A stretch of DNA of 32,000 nt from NCBI RefSeq assembly GCF_000829235.1, contig NZ_AP012549.1, positions 900,001-932,000 on the forward strand, read 5' to 3'. A program made the position numbers and the translations under genes. This document shows, in pieces, positions 1 to 8,602 of this stretch. The notes under the pieces are model-generated. The model did not search any database and had not been told where the DNA came from. It was given only the letters and a program-made list of their open reading frames with translations. Source of the stretch: a cyanobacterium endosymbiont of Epithemia turgida isolate EtSB Lake Yunoko (lineage in GTDB: Bacteria; Cyanobacteriota; Cyanobacteriia; Cyanobacteriales; Microcystaceae). Each line of letters begins with the position of its first letter. The stretch's first letter is position 1.

Positions 1-1092
1 TAGCATCTTATTTACCAGGATAGTCTTATATTTTATATTACTTTAGTATATTTAACTCTTAAATAAAATCTATAAAGGTTAGTTATGAATGGAGTTGATC
101 TCGTCAAATATAGAGGTGTTGATAACACTATTGAGATGTTTGCCAAAGAAGATTTATGGAAAAAATTAGTCTATAGTTATAAGATTATTGTTTGTGATTT
201 TTCCTAATTAAAGAACGCAATTATAAACTATTATTTATATAATTTTAAATTTGCTGTATATCAATAATTATTCTAAATTTATCTAGAGTATTTTAAAACA
301 AATCTATCAAGTTAATCAAGAATTTTATTGATTCATGCCAGTTAAGTAATTAATGAAAAATTACTGTCGAGTAGTTAAATTTTTTGAGGATAAATTTTTA
401 AGTAAAAGACTAGTAAATTAGCAACCCGGCTGAGAAAAAACTGCTGATAAGTTTTATTGTATCGATTCTGAATAAGCCTACATTAAACATGGTTATTTTT
501 TATCTCACTGATACATTTATATTGTTGAATATTTTGATAATTTCCGCAGGAGACTAGCCTTTAATGTTAATAAAAAATAAATGTTACCCACGAGATAATT
601 TAATTAATTTAGCTGACTATATTGAACAAAAAATCGAAATATAACATTTGATGAACAATCATTTTGTTTAATAACTAATTTGTCTTTTGTGTTTCAACTA
701 AATTAGTTTAAGCCTTATAAACTCGATTTAGCTCAGTTAATGCTTGACACATCTTAATATAGCTACATTAGCCTTGGAGTGGAGTTTAATAAAGTGGTCT
801 TGATCTTCAAGATTAGATTTGACTAATTCTTTAGGATTTTAACTAATTACCATTGTAGCCATTTAAATTACTTTAATTGGCTACAATGGAGACTATCAGT
901 TCCTTCAACATAATTTCTCCCTCAATAGAGCACACTTTAGTTTTGTTGTTTTTTTGAAAGCATTGGGCGAATGTTAATTTAAATACTGTCAAATTGTATT
1001 GTGCCAAGGATTACATTCAGTCCAGTCAAAAATCGATCAATGGGGGATAAAAATTAGAAACTGAGGAGAATCAAGGTACTGTAAAAGAGAAT
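1..1092. other. ORF-free AT-rich tract (probable eroded DNA)
   Basis: No ORF of 60 aa or more in any frame in the supplied track. Visibly AT-rich with frequent stops. Lies downstream of the minus-strand ADH-like gene. Confidence 0.5.
850..889. repeat. 12-bp perfect inverted repeat (hairpin, 16-nt loop)
   Basis: CCATTGTAGCCA (850-861) pairs perfectly with TGGCTACAATGG (878-889). Lies about 200 nt downstream of the stop of the 1093-2247 gene. Confidence 0.6.
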
Positions 1093-2247
1093 CTAGACAT
1101 TTAAGGAAACTCTGTTAGAAACAAAATCATTAGTAGTAGATACCATTGCTGCTAATAATTGTTCAGATGAAACAACAAAAGGAAGGCGGTGAATATCTGA
1201 TTCAGGACGACAAGTAACCTCTGCTGCTCGGCGCAATTCACCCAATGTAACCCTAGACAACCCTAACTCTTCTAAGGTTTTCGGTAAACCAATTTCTTCA
1301 TAAAATTTTAGTAATTGCTGTCTAGAGGAAACCGCCAATTGATTGTTCTGAATCATCTCCTCTAGGCGCAGTTGAACTAGAATACCGTAAGCAACTTTCT
1401 CCCCATGTAAAATCCTGTGGGCCGCCCCAATATAGGTTAAGCCATTGTGTACTGCATGAGCAGCTACGGTACGGCAATTAGCTCCACCTAACCCTCCAAT
1501 AACTCCAGCTAATAACACACAAGCATCAACCACTTCTCGCCATGCCTCACCTCCAGGAGTATTCAGCGCAGCTACTGACTCCTGGAATAATAAATCTCGT
1601 AATACTCGTGCTTGTTGAACAGCAGCAATGGTAAGGGTAGTAGTGGAATTACCACTACTGACAGAAGCTTCATACCATTTAGCGATCGCATCGCCTATCC
1701 CTGCCACTAAAGTCCGTTCTGAGGCCGTTTTAATAATGGCGTAGTCTAAAATCAGTAAATCGGGGCATCTTGATAAAGAAACGTCGTATTGAAACGCCCC
1801 TTCATTGGAATAGATATTTGACAAAGCTGTCCAGGCTGCACAGGTAGCAGCTGAAGTTGGGACAGTGATAATAGGCAATTGATATTGATGGGCGAGTAAC
1901 TTAGCGGTATCGAGGGCTTTACCTCCCCCCACTCCAATAATAACGTCCCCTTGATGCTCCTTAAGTGTTGTTTTAAGAGCTTCTAAAGAGCTTTCTGAAC
2001 AGTCCGGTGTATAGACAGCATAGCTTGACTCTAGCCTACATTTACTAATGATAGGATCAAAGTGAGGGTAAATCACCTTAAGAGTTTGCTGTCCTCCCAC
2101 TACTAAAGGGCGTTGTCCAAAACCAGCGATCACGTTTCGAGCTTTATACAAGACCCCCTCTCCCTTTATCACTTGACTAGGGGAGACTAACAAAGGGGTT
2201 AAGCTTGCAGACAGACAAGAAGGGACAGGAGAAGTTTTTGAGGGCAT
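1093..2247 (-). CDS. Iron-containing alcohol dehydrogenase family protein (glycerol dehydrogenase-like)
   Basis: 384-aa ORF with an ATG start. Carries the family glycine-rich nucleotide motif GVGGGKALDTAKLLA and downstream His-rich metal-site region (AAHAVHNG, HGEKVAYG). Contains a perfect HIP1 GCGATCGC at 1682-1689. Confidence 0.8.
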   Translation of the reverse strand: MPSKTSPVPSCLSASLTPLLVSPSQVIKGEGVLYKARNVIAGFGQRPLVVGGQQTLKVIYPHFDPIISKCRLESSYAVYTPDCSESSLEALKTTLKEHQGDVIIGVGGGKALDTAKLLAHQYQLPIITVPTSAATCAAWTALSNIYSNEGAFQYDVSLSRCPDLLILDYAIIKTASERTLVAGIGDAIAKWYEASVSSGNSTTTLTIAAVQQARVLRDLLFQESVAALNTPGGEAWREVVDACVLLAGVIGGLGGANCRTVAAHAVHNGLTYIGAAHRILHGEKVAYGILVQLRLEEMIQNNQLAVSSRQQLLKFYEEIGLPKTLEELGLSRVTLGELRRAAEVTCRPESDIHRLPFVVSSEQLLAAMVSTTNDFVSNRVSLNV

Positions 2248-2358
2248 TGCTACGGACTAATCTAGTCTTGTTAAATTGAATACACTTAAATAATTCAGCT
2301 TGGCAAATCTATTAAGTTAATCACACTTTACCTTAAAAAACATATCTCTCCCAAATTT

Positions 2359-2401
2359 GAAAAAAAGTGAAAGAGGAAGAGAAAGAGAAACGAGAGAAAA
2401 A
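2359..2401. repeat. 43-nt polypurine/polypyrimidine tract
   Basis: GAAAAAAAGTGAAAGAGGAAGAGAAAGAGAAACGAGAGAAAAA has only two pyrimidines on the plus strand (T2368, C2391). It sits between the usp stop and the ADH-like start, so it is pyrimidine-rich in the minus-strand 5' leader. Confidence 0.7.
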
Positions 2402-2432
2402 CTTTAACTTTTAACTTTTCCCTTAACGAAGG

Positions 2433-2846
2433 TTAGGGAATAATTAACACGGGACAAGGAGATAGGTTAATCACACGGTTGGTAACGCTCTCGGATGCAC
2501 CTTCCATCGTTAATCCGAGTCCTCGACACCCCATAATAATTAAATCCGCATTAACTTCATCAGCCACATCGCAGATAGCAAATGATGGCATTCCCTCCCG
2601 TTCAATAAGATCTGCCTCTATGCCTTTGTTAGCAAAAAGTGCCTGAGCCGCTTGCAGCAATTTTGCTACCACATCAGCAGACCCCATAATACTCTCTTGC
2701 CCAATTTTTTGTTCTTCTGACGGGTTTTCTATGACCGATAGTAATATAAGATGACTATTATAGGTTTTAACGATATTAGCTACGATTTCCGCAGCTTCGC
2801 GTGTTTCCCGACTTTTATCCATAGGGAATAAAACGGTAGTAAACAT
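2433..2846 (-). CDS. Universal stress protein (UspA family)
   Basis: 137-aa ORF. The N-terminal strand TVLFPMD and the C-terminal block IIMGCRGLGL...SVTNRVINLSPCPVLII are typical of the Usp alpha/beta fold. Confidence 0.8.
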   Translation of the reverse strand: MFTTVLFPMDKSRETREAAEIVANIVKTYNSHLILLSVIENPSEEQKIGQESIMGSADVVAKLLQAAQALFANKGIEADLIEREGMPSFAICDVADEVNADLIIMGCRGLGLTMEGASESVTNRVINLSPCPVLIIP

Positions 2847-3049
2847 GACTCATCCATCTCCTGATACATATCATTCCAAGATAATCAGTAACATCAAATA
2901 CCGCCTGATTTCTTGTTTGTATTCCTATTATCTCAGGAATTATTCGATATCAATCTTAAGAAGGAAATAATATTGAGTCATTTTTAAAGCAATATCGATG
3001 TTAGTCTTTTTTTGTAATGACTAAACAATGATTTTAGAATAAATTGAAA

Positions 3050-4252
3050 ATGAACAAAAAGACTATTTTAAACTTATCGGCAGCCGAATTAGCTGGAAAG
3101 AGGGTTTTAGTTCGCGTTGACTTTAATGTTCCCCTCGATGGAAAAACTATTGTCGATGACACTCGAATTCGGAGAGCCTTACCAACTATCAAAGATTTAA
3201 TGGAAAAAGGGGCTAAGGTAATTCTCTGTAGTCACATGGGTCGTCCCAAGGGCAAAGTGGTAGATAGTATGCGCCTTACCCCTGTCGCTGCACGCTTGTC
3301 TGAATTATTAAAACAAGAGGTGGTAGTATGTCCTGATTGTGTAGGAGACTCTGTAAGTGCAAAGCTTAGTAAGCTTGAAAGCGGTCAAGTGGCTTTACTC
3401 GAAAACCTCCGTTTTCATGCAGAGGAAGAAAAAAATGATCCCGAATTTGCCAAGCAATTAGCTTCTAATGCAGATTTATATGTTAATGATGCTTTTGGAA
3501 CTGCTCACCGCGCCCATGCTTCGACGGAGGGAGTTACTCACTATCTTAGCCCTAGTGTTGCGGGCTATTTAATTGAGAAGGAACTCAATTATCTTAAAGC
3601 AACGCTCACAAACCCCCAACGTCCCTTAGCAGCAATTATTGGTGGTTCTAAAGTTTCTGACAAAATTGGAGTAATTGAAACCCTACTAGAGAAATGTGAC
3701 AAGCTAATCATTGGTGGAGGAATGATTTTTACCTTCTATAAAGCTCGTGGTTTAAGTGTTGGCAAGTCTTTAGTTGAAAATGATAAACTAGAATCGGCTA
3801 AGTATCTCGAAGCTAAAGCTAAAGAAAAAGGTGTAGATTTTTTATTACCTTCTGATGTGATTTTAGCCGACAATTTTGCGGCAAATGCTAATAATAAAAC
3901 TGTTAACGTTGATAGTATTGAAGACGGCTGGATGGGGTTAGACATCGGACCTAATTCCATTAAATTATTCCAAGAGGCTTTAGCTGATTGTAAAGTAGTG
4001 ATTTGGAATGGACCTATGGGGGTCTTTGAATTCGATAAATTCTCCTTTGGAACGGAAGCGATAGCTCGGACTTTAGCGGATTTAACCGAAACTGGAACCA
4101 TTACTATCATTGGGGGCGGCGACTCTGTTGCTGCGGTAGAAAAACTTGGGGTTGCTCAGAGAATGAGTCACATTTCCACTGGCGGTGGTGCAAGTCTAGA
4201 GTTTTTAGAAGGTAAAACTTTACCCGGTATCACTGCTTTAGATGAAGCTTAA
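3050..4252 (+). CDS. pgk: Phosphoglycerate kinase
   Basis: Motifs [30 protein letters not shown] and [15 protein letters not shown]. The ORF track opens at TTG 3044, but ATG 3050 gives the canonical MNKKT.. N-terminus. Confidence 0.95.
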   Translation: MNKKTILNLSAAELAGKRVLVRVDFNVPLDGKTIVDDTRIRRALPTIKDLMEKGAKVILCSHMGRPKGKVVDSMRLTPVAARLSELLKQEVVVCPDCVGDSVSAKLSKLESGQVALLENLRFHAEEEKNDPEFAKQLASNADLYVNDAFGTAHRAHASTEGVTHYLSPSVAGYLIEKELNYLKATLTNPQRPLAAIIGGSKVSDKIGVIETLLEKCDKLIIGGGMIFTFYKARGLSVGKSLVENDKLESAKYLEAKAKEKGVDFLLPSDVILADNFAANANNKTVNVDSIEDGWMGLDIGPNSIKLFQEALADCKVVIWNGPMGVFEFDKFSFGTEAIARTLADLTETGTITIIGGGDSVAAVEKLGVAQRMSHISTGGGASLEFLEGKTLPGITALDEA

Positions 4253-4382
4253 TTTTTAGCCTAGTCGATTTTTTAAATGAGCAAAGTTGAGTTATTAGCG
4301 ATAATAATGAATTTTGTTTCTTTTCTAAATTCTTAGTGTATGGAAAACTCTCTTGTTCAAAACAACTTTAGACTAAAATAAT

Positions 4383-4409
4383 ATCCACGAATGAATGCTA
4401 TCCGTGGAT
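4383..4409. terminator. Candidate bidirectional hairpin between convergent pgk and petE
   Basis: 7-bp stem ATCCACG/CGTGGAT with a 13-nt loop. T-rich on the plus strand after the stem (TTTAAGTT) and on the minus strand after the stem (ATTATTTTA). The stem is weak. Confidence 0.3.
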
Positions 4410-4453
4410 TTAAGTTGCCTATATAATTAATTTTCAATTAATTATATTAGAAA

Positions 4454-4813
4454 CTACTCGACAATTATTTTACCCACCATACCAGCACCACGATGGGGTT
4501 CACACCAGTAGGTGTATTCTCCAGGTTCGTTAAAGGTAGCATCAAAAGACTCTCCAGGGGAAAAGACAAGACCTTCATGGTTGTACTCACTCGCCTTATC
4601 AAAAACAACGTTGTGGGGAGGTAATTTATTGTTCACCCACTTAACGGTGTCCCCAGCACTGATCTTAACTTGCTTAGGTTGAAACGCAAGCATTCCGTTA
4701 TCTGCACCCATTTTCACCGTAACAGTTTCAGCAGCAACAGGGCTAACAGCTACAAAAAAGCTAGAAAAGACTAGCACAACAGTAGCAAAAAATAAGCCTA
4801 ATTTGTTTGACAT
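4454..4813 (-). CDS. petE: Plastocyanin precursor
   Basis: 119 aa. Hydrophobic signal peptide ending [14 protein letters not shown]. Type-1 copper site with PPHNVVF and [18 protein letters not shown]. Confidence 0.95.
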   Translation of the reverse strand: MSNKLGLFFATVVLVFSSFFVAVSPVAAETVTVKMGADNGMLAFQPKQVKISAGDTVKWVNNKLPPHNVVFDKASEYNHEGLVFSPGESFDATFNEPGEYTYWCEPHRGAGMVGKIIVE

Positions 4814-4899
4814 TCAGTTAATCCTGTAAATAGTTTAATGACCTTAGCGGTTTAGCTTCTTACTCATTTTACTATGTTTATTCAAATATTACTACCAAC

Positions 4900-4923
4900 T
4901 TTGACAGTTTGTCTTTTGACAAA
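4900..4923. promoter_or_regulatory. Repeat cluster upstream of petE (candidate operator)
   Basis: TTTGACA occurs twice, at 4900-4906 and 4915-4921 (15-bp period). These overlap GAC-N5-GTC (4903-4913) and the inverted repeat TTTGTC-TTTT-GACAAA (4908-4923). The cluster lies 87-113 nt upstream of the petE ATG. Confidence 0.3.
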
Positions 4924-4951
4924 TACCTGAAACTTTGCTAAGGACTGCCTA

Positions 4952-6136
4952 TTACTGGTAACAAATCCCCGCTTGTTGAAGACGCAGTAGAGCTTCTTCT
5001 AGACGATCACAATCAGCGATTAAACTAATACGAACATATCCTTCACCCCCTTCCCCAAAAGCATTACCAGGAGTAAAGACAATCCCTGTTTTTTGTAACA
5101 CATCGAGAGCAAAATCCGTCGAATTTATTCCCAATGGACAGGGAACCCAAAGATACATAGTTGCTTTAGAAGGAGTCATTCCCCAGCCTAATTTTCTTAA
5201 GCCGTTAATCAAAAAGTCTCGCCGTTTTTGGTAGCGTTCTTGAACTTGTTTGATGTAGATGTCTGGCAATTGTAAAGCTGTTTGGGCTGCAGCTTGGATA
5301 GCAGAAAAGATACCATAATCTAAATTAGTTTTTAGGGTTCTTAGTCCCTTAATAATATCGGCATTGCCCACTACAAACCCCACACGCCATCCTGCCATAT
5401 TGTAAGTTTTTGAGAGAGTATGAAACTCCACCCCAATTTTTTTAGCCTCTGGAATCTCTAATAAACTAGTGGGTTGATAACCATCAAAAGCCAGTTCCGC
5501 GTAACATAAATCGTGGACTAAAATAACTTCGTAGTGATTAGCCCAGCTGACAATTTCCTCAAAGAATTCTCTTGGAGCAGTTGCTGTTGTTGGATTATTA
5601 GGATAATTGAAATAAATTAATTTAGCTCGTTGAGCAATGGTTTCAGAGATCTTAGTCAAATCAATCAACCAGTCTTGTTCAACTGATAAAATGAGTGGAT
5701 ATAACTCTCCTCCAGCAATTAAAGGACCACGAAAATGGGCGGGGTATGCAGGACTAGGAACTAATACCACATCCCCAGGATTCACATAAGCTAAAGCTAA
5801 ATGAACTAAACCTTCTTTAGAGCCGATTAAGGGCAATACTTCACAACTGGGATCGAGATCGACGCTGTAACACTTTTGGTACCAAGCTGTAATGGATTGG
5901 CGAAAACTAGCAGTTCCTTCGAAAGGAGGATAGCCGTGAGTTTGGGGTTTAGCTAAAGAGGTAATTGCTGCATTAATGACAGGTTGAGGCGCACAACCGT
6001 CAGGATTGCCCATTCCTAAGTCAATTAAATCTAATCCTTCTTCGGTTGCCCGTGTTTTAAGTTCATCTAAACGGGCAAAAACATAGGGAGGTAAAGCCTT
6101 TAAGCGATCAGAACGGCGAATCCAGTTGACACTCAT
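4952..6136 (-). CDS. PLP-dependent class I/II aminotransferase (AspC-type; often auto-annotated as aspartate or LL-diaminopimelate aminotransferase)
   Basis: 394 aa. N-terminal LPPYVFARLDELK, GMGNPDG, and the PLP-lysine motif SKTYNMAGWRVGF. Confidence 0.85.
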   Translation of the reverse strand: MSVNWIRRSDRLKALPPYVFARLDELKTRATEEGLDLIDLGMGNPDGCAPQPVINAAITSLAKPQTHGYPPFEGTASFRQSITAWYQKCYSVDLDPSCEVLPLIGSKEGLVHLALAYVNPGDVVLVPSPAYPAHFRGPLIAGGELYPLILSVEQDWLIDLTKISETIAQRAKLIYFNYPNNPTTATAPREFFEEIVSWANHYEVILVHDLCYAELAFDGYQPTSLLEIPEAKKIGVEFHTLSKTYNMAGWRVGFVVGNADIIKGLRTLKTNLDYGIFSAIQAAAQTALQLPDIYIKQVQERYQKRRDFLINGLRKLGWGMTPSKATMYLWVPCPLGINSTDFALDVLQKTGIVFTPGNAFGEGGEGYVRISLIADCDRLEEALLRLQQAGICYQ

Positions 6137-7408
6137 CGTTACGGAAGCTTAGCAAAATATACACAGGTTTTCATTCTCCCATTAATGAGGTCATTTTGAC
6201 TATTTATCCACTGACGATATCTTAACTTTTCTAGAATTCACAACAAATCGGTAAAAGTTTCTTATGAGTTTTTGATAGTGTGGAAAAAAAATTTTTTTGT
6301 TACGGTTTATTGTCAGACCAGGTCATTGTTAGACAGAAATCTTGAACAGAGGGAATCTATTTTAGGACAAGTAGTCTCAGTATTGAGCTTAAATCCAATC
6401 AAGAGAAATTAGAAGTCATGTTTTTTTCGAATTTAGCCTGACTCAATTCTACTTTTCATAAAGTTTAAAGCGTCAATGAGCCGCTTTGGGATCGATCATC
6501 AATTTTAGCCAAATATCTTAGAATTATATTTTTAAGGATTGATGGGAGATTCAATTGAGAATACATGGGTTTGAGTTTGTCATAGTAGTGGGCTTTATAT
6601 CAACCTTTAAAAGAAAAGTTTCCTGAGAAAAGGGGAATTCTCAGAATATAAAAAGAATCTAAAGTTTTCAATAATTCTCTTAAAGCCTCATCTTATGTAA
6701 TAAAAACATTACTAAGTTTAATATTCCGGGGATTCATAGAACACAACTCCTCTTAAAATAAAATACTTTTGACCAATACATTTGTTTTGTTAGCATTGAA
6801 AGATGATTAGGTAGCACACAGCAAAACTTTAATGATTTCGTTAAGAGGCTTCCCTTCAAAGTATTACATTCTTATAGAAGACAATTTCTTTTTAATCTAC
6901 ACCACAGTCTTCAATATATAGATAGACTCTTCCCCTAAGGGGGCATAAACCATTCACACATATTATCCCTATAGTAGGGGCTTGAATTCAGTGTGATAGT
7001 CATTGGGTACTTGTAATGATAGGTTCGAGTTGACTTTCTAAGGTCACTTCCATAGTATTAGACTTCTTAGATAGTAACCCTCTAAGATTTCACTTGACGA
7101 ATAATTAAGTACTATTGCCGAGGAGATAGAAAGTTTTAAGTTCGATACGCTGTTGTCGTTGTCGACAATCATCCAGGATATAATATCCTTAAATAATTAA
7201 ATCAGTGGTAATACAACCTGGTTTTCACTCTCTTTAATAAGCTGTACTCAAGTGTTTGGGCTTTATTAAGAATATGTAAGCCGGTCTATTACCGCTGATT
7301 CCCATTGACAATAGTTATCAGTGACTTTTAGTTTTAAGGTCAAATTCAAGATTTCTTTTCTATCTTTAAGTAATTATCTACGATAACAGCGATTTACACT
7401 GCAAACTT
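6137..7408. other. ORF-free tract (probable eroded DNA; may hold a thioredoxin-fold gene remnant, see findings)
   Basis: 1.27 kb with no ORF of 60 aa or more in the track. Patchy GC. Contains short palindromes and a 14-bp imperfect inverted repeat (7200-7213 with 7286-7299). Confidence 0.5.
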
Positions 7409-8602
7409 TTATCCCAAATATTTAGAACTAAGGCTATTTTTTTTCCAGTCAATGGGTAGATGAATGTCTCCTAATAGCATGGGCTGTTTTCCCCCAGTTA
7501 CTTGAGGTAAGTTACCCGATATACGATAAAAAAAACGCCAGTAAGCTAGGACACTAAAAGCAATAGATTCTTTGAAGTCTGTGCTAATTCCGAGATCATT
7601 GGTAGTCATAATTCGGGAATTAAGTAAGTGTTGTTGTAATCGTTTGGCCAAATATTGATTACGACTTCCTCCACCACATAGTAGAATCTCATCAATAGGT
7701 TTATTAATAAATTGGTGATAGCTATCGGCAATTGAGGCGGCTGTCAACTCTGTTATGGTGGCTAACCAATCTTCGTTTGTGAGATGACACGTTTGTGCGT
7801 CTTGCCAACATTGTTCTAGATAAACATAACCAAATAGTTCTCGTCCCGTTGATTTAGGTGGTGGTTGTTGAAAAAACTCTTGTTTTAGCCATTTTCGTAC
7901 TAATGGTTCACAGGGAGTCCCCTGAGAGGCCCATTCACCATTATTATCGTAGGTTTGTTGGCCATTGGTCAATTTTTGAACGGCTAAGTCAATTAAGATA
8001 TTTCCTGGACCTGTATCCCATCCACGAATTTTTTGTTCCCAGTGAGGTTGTTGATGAGGAGGGAGATAAGTCACATTTCCAATTCCCCCAATGTTTTGAA
8101 CACAGCGATGGCGGGTAGTATGGCCTAACAGGTATGCGTCAACCTTAGATACTAAGGGCGCACCTTGTCCTCCAACAGCGATATCAGCCGCCCGAAAGTT
8201 ACTGACAGTAGGAATCCCTGTTAAATTGGCAATAACTGATCCTCTCCCCAATTGTATGCTATATCCCAATTCAGTTTTTTTGTTACTTTCCTTAAGGGGT
8301 CGGTGAAAAACAGTTTGTCCATGAGATCCAATTAATTTCACTTGGGGATGGCTTTCTTGAATTATTTTGGCTGCTTGGGCAAAACAATAGGCGACAGAAT
8401 CATCTAATCGGGCAAATTCTTCAACAGAAATTGGTTTTCCTCCACAAACTTCTATTATTTGGGATCTGAGTTCTTTGGGATAGGAATAGATTTCTCCTGA
8501 CAGTAAATTAATTTTTAAGTCTAGTTCTGTTCCGGTAATTTCCACTAAAGCAGCATCAATTCCATCAACAGATGTGCCACTCATTAAACCAATGCAATGC
8601 AT
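7409..8602 (-). CDS. anmK: Anhydro-N-acetylmuramic acid kinase
   Basis: 397 aa. The N-terminal signature GLMSGTSVDGIDAALVEI and the later GGGSRN block are typical of AnmK. Confidence 0.9.
   Translation of the reverse strand: MHCIGLMSGTSVDGIDAALVEITGTELDLKINLLSGEIYSYPKELRSQIIEVCGGKPISVEEFARLDDSVAYCFAQAAKIIQESHPQVKLIGSHGQTVFHRPLKESNKKTELGYSIQLGRGSVIANLTGIPTVSNFRAADIAVGGQGAPLVSKVDAYLLGHTTRHRCVQNIGGIGNVTYLPPHQQPHWEQKIRGWDTGPGNILIDLAVQKLTNGQQTYDNNGEWASQGTPCEPLVRKWLKQEFFQQPPPKSTGRELFGYVYLEQCWQDAQTCHLTNEDWLATITELTAASIADSYHQFINKPIDEILLCGGGSRNQYLAKRLQQHLLNSRIMTTNDLGISTDFKESIAFSVLAYWRFFYRISGNLPQVTGGKQPMLLGDIHLPIDWKKNSLSSKYLG

Noticed and set aside
3736-4110. 124-aa antisense ORF inside pgk
   Set aside because: It is a shadow ORF on the strand opposite a strongly supported gene. 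The same applies to 1752-1937, 7858-8118, 11735-12187, 13141-13359, 15467-15715, 15495-15722, 16613-16861, 17021-17221, 19502-19720, 20121-20342, 23774-23998 and 29662-29853.
6203-6212. DnaA-box-like TTATCCACT, and the AT-rich tracts as a candidate oriC
   Set aside because: It is a single 8-of-9 match with no cluster of boxes. No dnaA or dnaN lies nearby. AT-richness here is better explained by gene decay, given the porin corpse. It needs genome-wide GC-skew analysis to revisit.
7019-7040. tRNA-like T-arm sequence GGTTCGAGT
   Set aside because: The flanks do not form a T stem, acceptor stem or anticodon arm. No cloverleaf can be drawn on either strand.
7200-7299. Imperfect 14-bp inverted repeat (AATCAGTGGTAATA / TATTACCGCTGATT) as MITE ends or a structured RNA
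   Set aside because: It is a single occurrence in the window with one mismatch. There are no target-site duplication and no supporting internal structure. It could be revisited if further copies exist genome-wide.
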